A DNA stretch of 63,254 nucleotides, filler included, from Aduncisulcus paluster (taxonomy: Eukaryota): assembly GCA_024181965.1 (NCBI GenBank). It is 4 parts of 4 records of this genome, joined end to end, with 100 filler letters (N's around TTAATTAATTAA, not from the genome) between each part and the next. Parts side by side here need not be neighbours in the genome. Positions count along the whole stretch, not along the records: positions 32,258 to 55,203 come from BQXS01012719.1; 3 more parts are not named here. One strand, given 5' to 3'. Below, piece by piece: positions 37,606 to 49,300 of the stretch. Both the position numbers and the translations under genes were made by a program. The notes below the pieces were generated by a model. The model was not told where the DNA came from. It saw only the letters and a list, made by a program, of their open reading frames with translations, and did no database searches. The stretch's first letter is position 1. Every line of letters starts with the position of its first letter.

Positions 37606-38367
37606 ATGCCATCGCCACCCCCACCGTTATATTTAGAATATGTTAAAGATCCTCATGCTGCGAAAATTATTTCCCAATTAGTATGTCAATCGTGCAACAC
37701 CATTGCATATTTATCCCCTCAAGAGCTTGCTTGTGGACATGTAATATGTCGAGCATGTCTGGAGACTAAATATGGTAAAAGCTTTCGTAAATCTGAAATC
37801 AAATGTTTAAAATGTGGTAAAATAACTCCAAAAGGGCATTGTATCGATTCAAAACTTACTACTTTTGTTCTAAACCATGCTACTTTTACTATTCCTGATC
37901 ATGAACCAGATATTAGTTTTTCAGCGTTTTGCGAACGCTATAAGGTTGTTCAACCACCTCAAGATCATACAATTCGGCCTGGAATCCATAGATGGAAAGA
38001 GAAACATACAACTGCTAAACGTAGTTCACCAAGGCCTCCACAAGCTTCTACATCTCGAAGATCAGATGACGATGAGTCGGAAACAACCACAGACTCATCT
38101 TCTAGCGAGGAAATCATTGGTAGGAGTGCAATCGACTTATCTTCCCAACAAGCATTTTTGGCAGGTTTGCGAAGAAGGGTAGAACGCCGTCCAAGGCTTT
38201 CCTTGCGTGTTGGAAGCCGTGTTAAGTTGATAAGAGATGGCTCACTTGGCGCTGGCCACTCTGGTGATGAAGGACCTGTTACATCGGTTGAATTACCTAT
38301 GGTAGGTGTTCGAGTCGACGATTCTGTTATTATGGTATTACGAGATGATATAGAGGTTATTGAATAA
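37606..38367 (+). CDS. C3HC4 RING-finger protein (putative E3 ligase) with a small C-terminal beta domain
   Basis: CQSC...ACGHVICRAC...CLKC; C-terminal LRVGSRVKLIR...GDEGPVTSV is SH3/KOW/Mib-HERC2-like. Confidence 0.75.
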   Translation: MPSPPPPLYLEYVKDPHAAKIISQLVCQSCNTIAYLSPQELACGHVICRACLETKYGKSFRKSEIKCLKCGKITPKGHCIDSKLTTFVLNHATFTIPDHEPDISFSAFCERYKVVQPPQDHTIRPGIHRWKEKHTTAKRSSPRPPQASTSRRSDDDESETTTDSSSSEEIIGRSAIDLSSQQAFLAGLRRRVERRPRLSLRVGSRVKLIRDGSLGAGHSGDEGPVTSVELPMVGVRVDDSVIMVLRDDIEVIE

Positions 38368-38429
38368 ACTCCTTTTTTGTCTATCCCTCGAACTTCGATT
38401 CGAAATTGATTTTCGTCACAGACAAATCA

Positions 38430-40247
38430 ATGAATGGAACATTGATATTAGTATTGTCTGCATTTATTGTAGTTGTTATCTTTATCCTTATTTTCATCAA
38501 GCTTATTCTTTTATGTCTCAAGAAGCAGTCGTCCGAAGTTCAACTTTCAGGTATGCATCAAATGAATACTAATTTATATGTTTCATTAGGTTTAAGTGCT
38601 CTTCAAGGTAAAAGACCCTCAATGGAAGATGCTCATTGCGCTGTATTCGATGTTATCTCAGAATTACGCAAATCACAATCTTCTGAGGTCGAGAAGCATT
38701 TAAATCAAGTAGAAAAGAGTTTAGGACATGCTCCATTATGTTGTTTTGGCGTTTTTGATGGTCATTGTGGTGCCGAAGCCGCTCAAATGGCCGCTGCCCA
38801 ATTGTGGAAGGTCTTTTCAAGAAGGGAAGAATTGATAAAAGGTGATATTGAAGAGGCGTGGGTATCTGCCTTCAAAGAGATGGATGATAGCATTTTAGCA
38901 TATAGCCGCAAAACTGGAAATATTTCTGGAACTACTGCTTGTGTTGCTGCTCTCCATGGGGATAATGTCACTATCGCGAATAGTGGAGATAGCCGTGCTG
39001 TTCTTTTTAGAGGTGGTCGCTGTGAGGATTTATCGACTGATCACAAACCTTCCCGTTTATCCGAAAAGAAACGGATTAAAGAGGCTGGTGGAGATGTGCA
39101 TCCTACCCTTGTACAATTTGGGGCAGGTGGACCAATATTGACCGTGGGACCTGATCGTGTATGGCCAGGAGGGCTTGCTCTCAGTCGTGGTCTTGGAGAT
39201 ATCAATTTCAAGGATCTCGATCATCTTTCGACCCACAAAGTCAGCGCTCCTCTTGTTTCGTATGTTCCAGAGATCACCCGTACTCAGCTCTGGCCTGTTC
39301 GCGATGAGGCCATAATCATTGCTTGTGATGGACTGTGGGATGTTGTCTCGACAGAAGCTCTTGGGGGCATCATCAAACGTAAGCTTCCTCAGGCACGTCG
39401 TGAGGTCTTCCGTATATTCGAGACATACTCTTTCACGGAAGCCAACACAAAACTCGCTTCCCTCTCCATGGAACAACTCTCGAGTCTCCTGTTCTCTCGA
39501 ATGGCACAAAGCAAGACTGTGCCTCGTCTCGATGAGTTGGTTGAGGCCTCTTACACTGACAGTGACAGTGACTTCAGTGCAAGTGCTTCAATGGAAAGGA
39601 GGGACAACTCTCGTGTTTCTCCTTCCCCTTCTACCCCTGATAAGTCCCCTTCTCCAAAGGGTGTGGTAGATCGCGGGGAGAAGAGTGAAGAAGGTGATGA
39701 AAGCAAGACGGATGAACACCAGGAGCAAGAAGAAGACGAGGAGCGTTTCAGAGATGATGGGCAAGGAATGTCCCGTGCAAAGAAACTATTCACCAAGATG
39801 GGTGAGATTATTCGTTTGAAGAGTGACGATGATGAGGGAGATGTCGAGGAAGAGGACGAGGAAGAGCACGAAAGGCCATATAAGCATGATCAAGAGACCC
39901 TGTGTGCCGTCGACCGTCTCACAGCCTGTGCCCTTGCCAATTATCTCACTAACTATGCCATTCGTCATGAGAGTAGTGATAATGTGAGTGTTATGGTGAT
40001 CCTTCTAAGGTGGCCAGGGACCGATTCCTGTGCTGCCCACTGCACTCGCACTCTCCAACATATTTACATGAGTCAGCGGATCGAGTGTGTTGAGTTAGCG
40101 ATAAGTGAAAGTGGTGTTGCAGACGTGAGTGGAGACGATACCAGTGGAGAGGCGTTGGATGAGGCAACGAGAAGAGACAATGAAATTTACTCAATCAAAC
40201 ATTTTTACAATCCTACCGATCCTTGTACTCAAGAAAAGAGGGAGTAG
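38430..40247 (+). CDS. PP2C (PPM) protein phosphatase with an N-terminal membrane anchor and an acidic insert
   Basis: QGKRPSMEDAH; GVFDGHCG; SGTTA; ANSGDSRAVL; DHKP; GLALSRGLGD; IIACDGLWDV; SSDNVSV. Confidence 0.93.
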   Translation: MNGTLILVLSAFIVVVIFILIFIKLILLCLKKQSSEVQLSGMHQMNTNLYVSLGLSALQGKRPSMEDAHCAVFDVISELRKSQSSEVEKHLNQVEKSLGHAPLCCFGVFDGHCGAEAAQMAAAQLWKVFSRREELIKGDIEEAWVSAFKEMDDSILAYSRKTGNISGTTACVAALHGDNVTIANSGDSRAVLFRGGRCEDLSTDHKPSRLSEKKRIKEAGGDVHPTLVQFGAGGPILTVGPDRVWPGGLALSRGLGDINFKDLDHLSTHKVSAPLVSYVPEITRTQLWPVRDEAIIIACDGLWDVVSTEALGGIIKRKLPQARREVFRIFETYSFTEANTKLASLSMEQLSSLLFSRMAQSKTVPRLDELVEASYTDSDSDFSASASMERRDNSRVSPSPSTPDKSPSPKGVVDRGEKSEEGDESKTDEHQEQEEDEERFRDDGQGMSRAKKLFTKMGEIIRLKSDDDEGDVEEEDEEEHERPYKHDQETLCAVDRLTACALANYLTNYAIRHESSDNVSVMVILLRWPGTDSCAAHCTRTLQHIYMSQRIECVELAISESGVADVSGDDTSGEALDEATRRDNEIYSIKHFYNPTDPCTQEKRE

Positions 40248-40531
40248 TGGGGTGAACAGACGTATCACTAAGAATTTTAATGCATCAAAATTAATTAATT
40301 GTTAATTGATTCAATATAAATAATATAGCATATTAACGGATTATTGGCTCCATCAGGATAGGAATTTTATCTTTTATATTTGAAGTAAACCATATTTTCG
40401 AGTTATTTATTGACATTTTATGTTAATTATTGATGCTATTTTGATGAGGATTGACTCAACCTCAATGACTTGGAGACATTCTTCCTGAAATCTAATGTCC
40501 TGGTAGGATTTGATAATTCAAGATAATTCCC

Positions 40532-41086
40532 TCAGATTTCAGAGATAATCTTAACAATAACATTAATATAGGCACCCGATTTGCTGGAACAAATCACAGC
40601 ACTTCGATATCCAAGTGTTTTAAAAGCTCCATGAATAACACCGGCAAGGAAAGCACATATAATAGCAATAAATCTTTTTTCATCTTTAGAATCTCCTGAT
40701 AAAAATTGTAGCCATGATAAATAAACTCCAGGCACCTTGTCAACGCTCTGAAATCTATATTGACCATCAGAATGTGTATAGCTAAGCCATTGTCCAGGGA
40801 AAAAATTTGGCCATATTTCACGGGAGAAAATATTTATAGCTTCTTCAACTTTAGCAGCATCTGAAAGATGAAGGGGAAAAGAACTTTTATGCTTGAAAAC
40901 ATGGCGAAGTGAAAATTTATGCCCAATTTTGATTCCTAATTCTTTCGCTTTAATGTTTGTTTGTTGAAGTATTGTCCCTTTTGGGAATTTAAACTCAGTA
41001 CATCTTGTTTTCTCAGTTGACATTAGATAAGACACATATTGAATAATTAAGAGATATAATCCATCACTCGATACCTCTACGTCCAT
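40532..41086 (-). CDS. TRAPPC6: TRAPP complex Bet3-family subunit, Trs33/TRAPPC6-like
   Basis: EVSSDGLYLLIIQYV; KELGIKIG; INIFSREIWPNFF; AFLAGVIHGAFKTLG; about 184 aa. Confidence 0.7.
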   Translation of the reverse strand: MDVEVSSDGLYLLIIQYVSYLMSTEKTRCTEFKFPKGTILQQTNIKAKELGIKIGHKFSLRHVFKHKSSFPLHLSDAAKVEEAINIFSREIWPNFFPGQWLSYTHSDGQYRFQSVDKVPGVYLSWLQFLSGDSKDEKRFIAIICAFLAGVIHGAFKTLGYRSAVICSSKSGAYINVIVKIISEI

Positions 41087-41290
41087 TTCTATTAATAAAA
41101 AATATGTTGATGTTGACAGAGGGAAGAATAACAAGATTGTCTAATTTTGATCGCAATTACAATATTTTGAAGATTTTCTTTGTATGAATTTGAGTTTTCT
41201 TTTAATATTAATTTTGAATATGTTTTTCTTACCGTTTTTTTATTCTAATCTACACTCTCCGTATTTTCCACGTTTTTAATAGTGTGCACA

Positions 41291-42232
41291 ATGGAGGACA
41301 CTCCAAATGAATTAAAACTTATTATAGAAAAGATAGAGAGGTTTCCAAAAAATAAGTTGACAGCTCATATAAGACAGATAAGCATTCAGAATCATTGTGC
41401 ATATATTGCTCGTTCAACTGGAAAAACTGTTCAAAAGTACATTTTTGTGTGCAAAAAATCTGGTGAACCGCGTCGTACAGGTGGTACTGGTATAAAGCGA
41501 AGAACATCTCATAAATGTGGGTGTGGGTCATCTATCCGCTTTTCAATTTCTGATGGATTCGCTTCTTTTGAATCAGCCAATTGGGAACATAACCATCCAA
41601 TTATAGATAGCCTTGAATTGGAGCAACATAAGCAAAAGGAATCGACATCTTTCCATTCATTCCAATATGCTGATCATCGATCTCCTAGATACCATCAATT
41701 GCCGCCTCCCCAGACCCATTTTATGCTTCAAGATACCTCTGTATCTGATCTTTCGACTTCTATCTCATCCCATGGGCTAATTTTAGGTGAGAAAGACATT
41801 GTTTCTTCTCGGGATACTCTGCTCACATCATTCAAAACCCATCTGGACAAGACAATGTTGTTAATGAGGGCTTCGGGCGATTCACCTTCCAAAGAATTAT
41901 ATCAAAAATATATAATATCTCCACTCAAAGAAATAATTAAGGATTCTCTTGGTGCAAGTCTCAGTTCTTTAATGTTCAAACAATTTGATCTTTTTTCCTC
42001 ACCCTCAATTGAGTCGGAGGCGTCTTATTCTCCTCCTGATGGGAGAATAATTCAATCTCATGTATTCTCTAGTCCACCCCATCGCTTCTCAGATCCTTTT
42101 ACCCATCCCACAACACCAATTTCTGCACACTTCGATCCATCACCATCTCATTTTACTTTTATGATACCCTCGATGGTGCACGGGTGTGATACAATCCATC
42201 CAAGTCCTGATCCCAATTCAATACAGCACTGA
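41291..42232 (+). CDS. FAR1/AFT-type (WRKY-GCM1 fold) zinc DNA-binding protein
   Basis: YIFVCKKSG...RRTSHKCGC...WEHNHP motif; Ser/Pro-rich tail; no transposase catalytic domain. Confidence 0.7.
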   Translation: MEDTPNELKLIIEKIERFPKNKLTAHIRQISIQNHCAYIARSTGKTVQKYIFVCKKSGEPRRTGGTGIKRRTSHKCGCGSSIRFSISDGFASFESANWEHNHPIIDSLELEQHKQKESTSFHSFQYADHRSPRYHQLPPPQTHFMLQDTSVSDLSTSISSHGLILGEKDIVSSRDTLLTSFKTHLDKTMLLMRASGDSPSKELYQKYIISPLKEIIKDSLGASLSSLMFKQFDLFSSPSIESEASYSPPDGRIIQSHVFSSPPHRFSDPFTHPTTPISAHFDPSPSHFTFMIPSMVHGCDTIHPSPDPNSIQH

Positions 42233-42387
42233 AAACATTCTTTATATTTTATTTTTTGTTACCGAATCACTCATTTTAGCAGTTTCATTTTTTTTTTCCG
42301 GTATTCTCTGGTTTTTCTTAAATGAGATGAATCGGTTTTAATATCTGTATTCAATTTTTATTGTCTATTTATCATTAGAAGCTTTAT

Positions 42388-42783
42388 ATGAATGTTATTC
42401 CCGAGAGATTGTCTAAATATACTGATATTGAAATCTTACTCCGAGACTCTTCATTTCTTGAGCCTCACAAAGAAGAAGAAGAGAAACAGAGCGATGAAAA
42501 GAGATCTAATTCATCTATTGATAATTCTGGATGTTTTCTTCCGTGGTATTCATGCTTTCGTCACGTTCATTACATTCCTCTTCAACATTTCGTTGTTAGA
42601 ATGCCACATTCCATGGAGAGGTCCACGAGATAATTCATGTATGACTTTATTGAACGAACTTGAGCTGGTGTGGAGGTCTTGTTTGATGAAAGCACATGCT
42701 CTTTTGAAGGCTTTGATCAAGATTTTGGAATGTATACTTCAATGGAATCGTTAGACCCTTGTTTCGAAGATTTTATATTGTGA
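42388..42783 (+). pseudogene. Possible degenerate gene fragment
   Basis: Coding-like frame continues past in-frame TAA (42631) and TGA (42661) to TGA at 42781. Confidence 0.25.
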
Positions 42784-43053
42784 AGAAATAGAATTGTTCA
42801 TGTAGAATTTATTCTACAACATGTAGAATTTATTCTACAACTATGTCCGACATGATATTAAGGGAGTCCCTTCTGGGGCTCCAAGAATTTTTTGCGTAAT
42901 TTAGTAAACATAGATCAGCTTAATTCATCATTTTAACTATCATATTATTATTGATAATTTCCAAAGGATTCTTGTTGCCAAGATAAAAAAATAACTCCTT
43001 TTTGACAAAAGGAAGGAAGAATACGATTTATATAAATCATTGTTTTATTCTAA

Positions 43054-46000
43054 ATGTCAAAACATCTTAAACAAATAGAGGAGTTATTTGTTGATGGTCG
43101 CCATCCTTACGACAGAACTAATTTTGATCCTGCCAGGGCGGTATCTACTATTATTGCCCAAAAAAGATTAGAAATGATTAATGAAAGGAAACAAAAGCGT
43201 CATTATCAGCAAAGTTCTGTTGCCTATACAGGAAGTGCATATTTAGATAAGCCAAAAGAAAAAGACATCATTCCTGATGATGAAGAAAAAATTGATTCTT
43301 TTCAGCTCCTAGAACGATCACTATTGTACGCTGAAGCTCAATTAGGATCAATGAAAAAAGAATTGCTTGATTCTATCGATGTTTCCATAAAATTATCAAG
43401 TTCTCCAATATTACCAGCAAATAGCTCTCCAAAAACGATAGGTGATCGAATAATAGATATCAAAGATCGGGCAGATGAAGTTGCCAAAGTATTTTCTGAA
43501 ACATGTGCCACATTATCCTCTCTTCATGATCAGAAAACAAAAGCCATGGATGAAATTCAACGGTACCAATCGATTAAAACGTTTATAAGTAGTTTAGATA
43601 TTTGTAGAAAAGCCTTAGATAAAAGAGATTTTTCTACGATTAAAGATTTTATCCTTTTTTGTGAGGAGAATCTTGTTTCTTTTGAGTCAGATCTCCGAAT
43701 GAAAAAGTATCTCGATAAATATAAAAGCCTCGTGTCAGATATTCGGTATGCCATCATTGATACGGTCTCTGCCTTCCTCTTGGATGATAGCTCTTCTCCA
43801 GAATCTTCCCCTATGCCTTCCAGTCCTTCTTCTTTTGATGCTGGAAGGAGTAGGAAAGAAGAAAAACATAAAAGCATCATGTGTATCCAATTATGCCATG
43901 AGTTAACTCGTATTCATATTGAAAAGATTAAGAGTGAGACAGATGTTGAGAGTTATCATCGAGATTCAAATCCGACGTTTTCTATTGCTCACCCAATTGA
44001 ATTGCATGTTTTTCATCGAGTATGTGACAGAGTTGGAGATCAAATGAATGGTTTGTTCTCAACCAGTATTTCTCTTGAAAACATGACTGAGAGGTATGAG
44101 CATGCGATGAAGGTTCTGAAATGTGTCATGGAGAACTGCGATGCCCTAAAAATAGATGAAAATCGGTGGCCAATTGCACTATCTGCATCTGTTTCGTGGG
44201 TAAAAAGGATTTGTCCGCATTTGACGAGTAGTGCTCGACTAATGGGCCAACAATGGGGCAGTCAAGATGATCCAAGCGGATCAAACAAGCCAAAACGAAG
44301 GGATAAGTACATAAAACCAACCTTTATGATCGCTGAATATCTCGACTCTGCCGTGATTCCGAAATCTTTCGTTCAGGAAGAGAAAGAACGCCTCGAACGA
44401 GTCCAACTCGAGCTTGACAAGAAGAAAGAGGAGAAAAGAGCTGAAGATGGGGATCACAATTTGCTTGCCGAGGAAGACATTCGGTCCCCATATCTTTCCT
44501 CTTCTATCCCCGATGAAGTAGTCTCAAAAGAGAATTCACCGACATACAACACATTTGTTTCGATGCTAGGAGTTGATACCACCGCGTATCCTGGGTTTTT
44601 TACATCCATTTTAACCCCCACTTTCACTCCTCTTCTTCATATTCTGGTTGAAAGTGAGAAACTGCACACCTCACAAGTTATGAGTCCAAGAAAGCTTCTT
44701 GAAGTAGATATTAAAGGGATCTCGACGACTATGAAACGTGTTAACGATAAAATTATTAACATGATCTTCGGTTCTGGGCGGTTAGGTCTGCCGGCTTCAT
44801 CCATTTCTCAAAATATGTTTCTGACTTTACCATCGCTTGAACATTCATTTCTCGTTTTAAATGTGAGTCGCAAAAGAATTGTAACCATCACTTCTGATTT
44901 CCAATATATTAACATTTTTACCCACCATACCGAGTTATTATTAGCATATTCTCAGTATATTCTATCTTTAGCTCTCCCATTTAGTTTCCCCAAAGTTGTT
45001 AGTGATGCCTTTTGGGCCAATCCGTTGTTATCAAACGATGCTCTGATTTTATCTGATGACCGGAATATTGTGAAGAAAATCTTCCAAAACATTGATGATT
45101 TGAGTGAAAGAATCAAAGATGTTGATCTGCAACGATGCTTTTCAAATGAAGAAAAGGCTGAAATTGAGAGGATCGTTCTCGAAGAAATGATCCATGTTGA
45201 GATTCCTTTTCTTGCCCAAGATGCTTCAGTTGCTTTGATAAAGGCCTCAGATGGAGTTAAAAGACAATCTAGTCAAATGAAGGACCCAACAAGTTCTTTC
45301 ATCTCCCTTCCATCGAACCTCTCGATTTACACATTGCTTCCTTTCCTCCTTGTTCAATTATCATCTTTATCCTCATTATCTCAGCAACTGGATTCCTATG
45401 AGAGGCGATTCCTCCAGACTTCTTCTATAAAGGTCCGTGAGAAAGTGTGTGGGGCGGTTATTCGAGGCAAAGTAATCGATGCTTATAGTTCAATGGTTGA
45501 TAGATGCGTAAGTGTATGCATTGGTATCATCGTTGGAGTGTGTTCCCAGATATGTAATGTCGTTCTTTCTACCACAAATCTTCCAGCGTTGTCCACCATG
45601 TTGACATCTACAAAGGCCCACGGCGGTCTCAATGCGAAGAAGTACATTTCATTGTTCGAACCTTTCTTGTCTTCTTCGATCATGGCAGAGCTTGTCACGA
45701 CAATAACAAGTGGTGTCTTGGCTTTCCTTCAAAAGATCCTTCCAATTCACTTGTATACAACATTAGGTGCAAATATCATTACCACATTACCCAATGCTCT
45801 ATTTTCACTCTATGCAAGGCATTTTATTCCTTATTATAGCAAAGTATCCTCAGAAAGCCACCATTCATGCTTTGCTCGTTCTATGCGCACTCTTGCCGGT
45901 CTTTTGCCTGAACTGATCGAAGCCAAATCAATACCCGCATCTCGCACTGTTGTGGCTCAGAGAAAGTGTACAAAAGCCTATGGTTTTGTCCGTATGTGTG

Positions 46001-46335
46001 AAGAGGAGATGCAAGATATTCACAGAGGTCAAGATCTCTTGGATGATGAAATCAGTGAATCAGATCATCCGGTGCCCACTCCCAAGAAGAAAGGCGACCA
46101 TGGGAAGAAACATGGGAGAGATAAACCGTGGAAAAGAAAGAAGAAATCGCCATCGGGGAAAATCTTACTCATGATGTTTCCTAGTCTTTTTGAGCAGGAA
46201 GACCAGAGTCAGAAGGAAGTCAACCGAGAATTGGAAGTCTTCGAGTTTGCTCTGTCGCTTTGTCAAGTCTCTAAAAAGGATAGTCTTGACAGAATTCGGG
46301 AATGGAAATCGCAGAAAGATGGGAAAGAGGTCTGA
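43054..46335 (+). CDS. VPS53: Vps53-like GARP/EARP tethering subunit
   Basis: HPYDRTNFDPARAV; IIDIKDRADEVAKVFSETCATLSSLHDQKTK...FISSLDICRKALDKRDF; SLENMTERY...RWPIA all parallel Vps53_N motifs. Confidence 0.65.
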   Translation: MSKHLKQIEELFVDGRHPYDRTNFDPARAVSTIIAQKRLEMINERKQKRHYQQSSVAYTGSAYLDKPKEKDIIPDDEEKIDSFQLLERSLLYAEAQLGSMKKELLDSIDVSIKLSSSPILPANSSPKTIGDRIIDIKDRADEVAKVFSETCATLSSLHDQKTKAMDEIQRYQSIKTFISSLDICRKALDKRDFSTIKDFILFCEENLVSFESDLRMKKYLDKYKSLVSDIRYAIIDTVSAFLLDDSSSPESSPMPSSPSSFDAGRSRKEEKHKSIMCIQLCHELTRIHIEKIKSETDVESYHRDSNPTFSIAHPIELHVFHRVCDRVGDQMNGLFSTSISLENMTERYEHAMKVLKCVMENCDALKIDENRWPIALSASVSWVKRICPHLTSSARLMGQQWGSQDDPSGSNKPKRRDKYIKPTFMIAEYLDSAVIPKSFVQEEKERLERVQLELDKKKEEKRAEDGDHNLLAEEDIRSPYLSSSIPDEVVSKENSPTYNTFVSMLGVDTTAYPGFFTSILTPTFTPLLHILVESEKLHTSQVMSPRKLLEVDIKGISTTMKRVNDKIINMIFGSGRLGLPASSISQNMFLTLPSLEHSFLVLNVSRKRIVTITSDFQYINIFTHHTELLLAYSQYILSLALPFSFPKVVSDAFWANPLLSNDALILSDDRNIVKKIFQNIDDLSERIKDVDLQRCFSNEEKAEIERIVLEEMIHVEIPFLAQDASVALIKASDGVKRQSSQMKDPTSSFISLPSNLSIYTLLPFLLVQLSSLSSLSQQLDSYERRFLQTSSIKVREKVCGAVIRGKVIDAYSSMVDRCVSVCIGIIVGVCSQICNVVLSTTNLPALSTMLTSTKAHGGLNAKKYISLFEPFLSSSIMAELVTTITSGVLAFLQKILPIHLYTTLGANIITTLPNALFSLYARHFIPYYSKVSSESHHSCFARSMRTLAGLLPELIEAKSIPASRTVVAQRKCTKAYGFVRMCEEEMQDIHRGQDLLDDEISESDHPVPTPKKKGDHGKKHGRDKPWKRKKKSPSGKILLMMFPSLFEQEDQSQKEVNRELEVFEFALSLCQVSKKDSLDRIREWKSQKDGKEV

Positions 46336-46382
46336 GATTTTATTATTAAGATATAATTGATTGCATTCATATTAATTATAGA

Positions 46383-49300
46383 CTACTTGATCTTGGTACA
46401 TTTGCTGATTTCTCTTTCTCTTTCGACTCTCCATTCTGTTCCTTTTGCCATACATTCGCTTCTATGGGAAATAACAAACATTTGGATTGAATCGCTCATC
46501 TTTTCAATTTCTTTCCATACTTTTCTGGCGTTTCTTTCATCTAATGCCGCATCAACTTCATCCAACAATATGACAGACGGTCCTTGAGGGATATATGCTT
46601 CGACCAATTCTTTTGTATGACTTTGACAACCACTCTTCTTTTCATCTTCTTCAGAATCTACCTTTTCATCGGATGTATCATTATTATTTCCTGCACCACA
46701 GATACAGAGTAACATACACAACGATAATAAAGTTCTCTGTCCACCCGATAGAGATATCAGGGGTTGTGGTTTGAAGTCTGAAGCTGCGCTCGAGACAAAT
46801 AAGTTAATTTCTGAGTCAAATGAGGATTTAATGCTCGTGAATGACTCTAAATCGGTCTTTTCACAAGAATCATGATCGCTATCTCCACTCCAAGTGAGTG
46901 ATATTGACTTATCTGGGAGTAATTGACTGCATAAATATTGTAATCTCTCACGAAGAATATTTATGCAAAATTTATGTCTCAAATATGCCTCCTTCTCTGC
47001 CTTTTCAACGAGCACATCAAGTGCTGCCTGAGCTCGTTTAATAGTTTCCTCTCTCTCTGTTGTCGATACAAGGATATCTCCAAGCTGAAACAATAAAGAT
47101 TCACATGTGGATATCATTCCTTTCACCCTAGAAACAAGAGATCGAATAGCTGAGGAAGAGGAAGAGGAAGAGGAAGAGGAAGAGGAAGATAGAAAATCAA
47201 CAGAGGAACATACAGATGAAAGAGAAGGGAAAGGACGGAGAGATATCAATAAAGCGTTGGTTTGTTTTCTTGTAATATTTTGAAAATACTCAGAATCAAG
47301 GGTTGTGTATGGATCTTCACTCTTGTTTATCTCTCTTTGATGTTCAATAAGGATAGAAACAGATTTACACAGTACCAACTCAATATCAACATCACAAGAT
47401 ATTTTGCTATTGTTCTTTGCACTGATTGAATGGTCATATTTAAATAGAGTTGGAAAATCACTTCCGGGAAGAATCCTTTTCTCTCCTTCTTCTTCTTCTT
47501 CTTCTTCTTCTTCTTCTTCTTCCTTTCCCTTCTTTGATATTCTTGTCTTTCTTAAGAGTTTTGTACTAATCACCTTTCCAAGTTGAGATCCTGAAATTCC
47601 AAATGTCAGCATGGATTTTTCATCAAGAAGTCTCCAATTTTNNNNNNNNNNNNNNNNNNNNTGTAATATTTTGAAAATACTCAGAATCAAGGGTTGTGTA
47701 TGGATCTTCACTCTTGTTTATCTCTCTTTGATGTTCAATAAGGATAGAAACAGATTTACACAGTACCAACTCAATATCAACATCACAAGATATTTTGCTA
47801 TTGGTCTTTGCACTGATTGAATGGTCATATTTAAATAGAGTTGGAAAATCACTTCCGGGAAGAATCCTTTTCTCTCCTTCTTCTTCTTCTTCTTCTTCTT
47901 CTTCTTCTTCTTCCTTTCCCTTCTTTGATATTCTTGTCTTTCTTAAGAGTTTTGTACTAATCACCTTTCCAAGTTGAGATCCTGAAATTCCAAATGTCAG
48001 CATGGATTTTTCATCAAGAAGTCTCCAATTTTTCATTATTTTTGACCGATTCTCAGCATTTCTAGCCATTTGATCTTTGAGAGAAGCTCTTTTTATCTCA
48101 ATACTATCAATACATGTTTTGTGAGCGTTTATAATCTCCTGAAAACGATCTAAAGTCATTGAAAGTAATGGAGATACATCATTATTCTCACTTGAAACAG
48201 TATTAGAGCATGAAATAGAGAGAACTTTTAATATTTGAGCTGACAACTCCATATTAAATACATTTTTAGAATCTATTCCATCTTTTCGCAGCTTTCTCCC
48301 ATTTCTTCCTCTTTCTTCAAGATCTGACGTGATAGATGGCCAGTCTGAAGTAAATGTCTCGTCATTTTCCTCCAGTAAACCTATCATATCTCTTTGTTGC
48401 ATGATTTTTGACCTGAGTTCAGCCTCATTCTTGTCTATTTCTTGCTCAATATCAGCAATCAGGTCAGAGATATCGTCAATTGACGAACTATCACTGTCTT
48501 GTCCAATCATTAGAATCAAAGAGTCCAGTTTCCTTGTGAGATTATCTAGTTCTCGCTCAGTATTATCAACTATTACTGAAATACCAGCTTTGTCCAGTTG
48601 CTCATCTTTCTTCCTTTGAGAAGAACAAGAACGTGTATCTGAATGACTCTTTTGTTCATCCACAGTTGTTGGTATTGCTTGTTTTGACATTCTAAGAAAT
48701 ATATATTCTCTCTGCATCCTTCGGCACAAAGCCAATGCCTTTGTTATCATACTTTTGGAGGTTTGGATTGACTTTATAAAACATGAATAAGTAGCACCAA
48801 CACTTGATATGACATTAATCATATTTGAAACCCAATTCAATGCACTTATTATGGCTAACGAAGGAATCTTTCCCCGTTTATCCTTGCTTGCTCCTATTGA
48901 AACACTGACTCTTCCTCTTGCAAATTTCCTACCACTACAAGTATCCACAGAAACATTAGGATTATTGCACCTGGGATGAAAAATGCCCTTTTCAGTAGAT
49001 CTTGAACTTGTAGGACATTGAGTATAGTTTTTTGAGTCGTAACAACTCACTCGATGAGCCAACGAGTCGCAAGTACTCACACATTGAATACGTTTCACCG
49101 AGAGTGGAAATACAATATCATGTAAGAAACAAATAGGTAACTTGATCGTAAATAGATCTCTAATTGGAATACAAACACAAGAATGATTGAGGGAGTCAGA
49201 GGTCTTATTGGAGGCACAGATTGAACAAATGGCTGCTTTTGACGGATGTTCATGCTCTTCTTCTTCTCTAGTTCTATTTATAGAATAGCACCCTCCATAA

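Noticed and set aside
146..47910. Numerous (GAA)n/(TCT)n tracts and the poly-Lys, poly-Phe, poly-Leu and poly-Arg shadow ORFs they create
   Set aside because: Ordinary coding microsatellites (poly-Glu, poly-Ser); the short overlapping ORFs are off-frame or antisense by-products.
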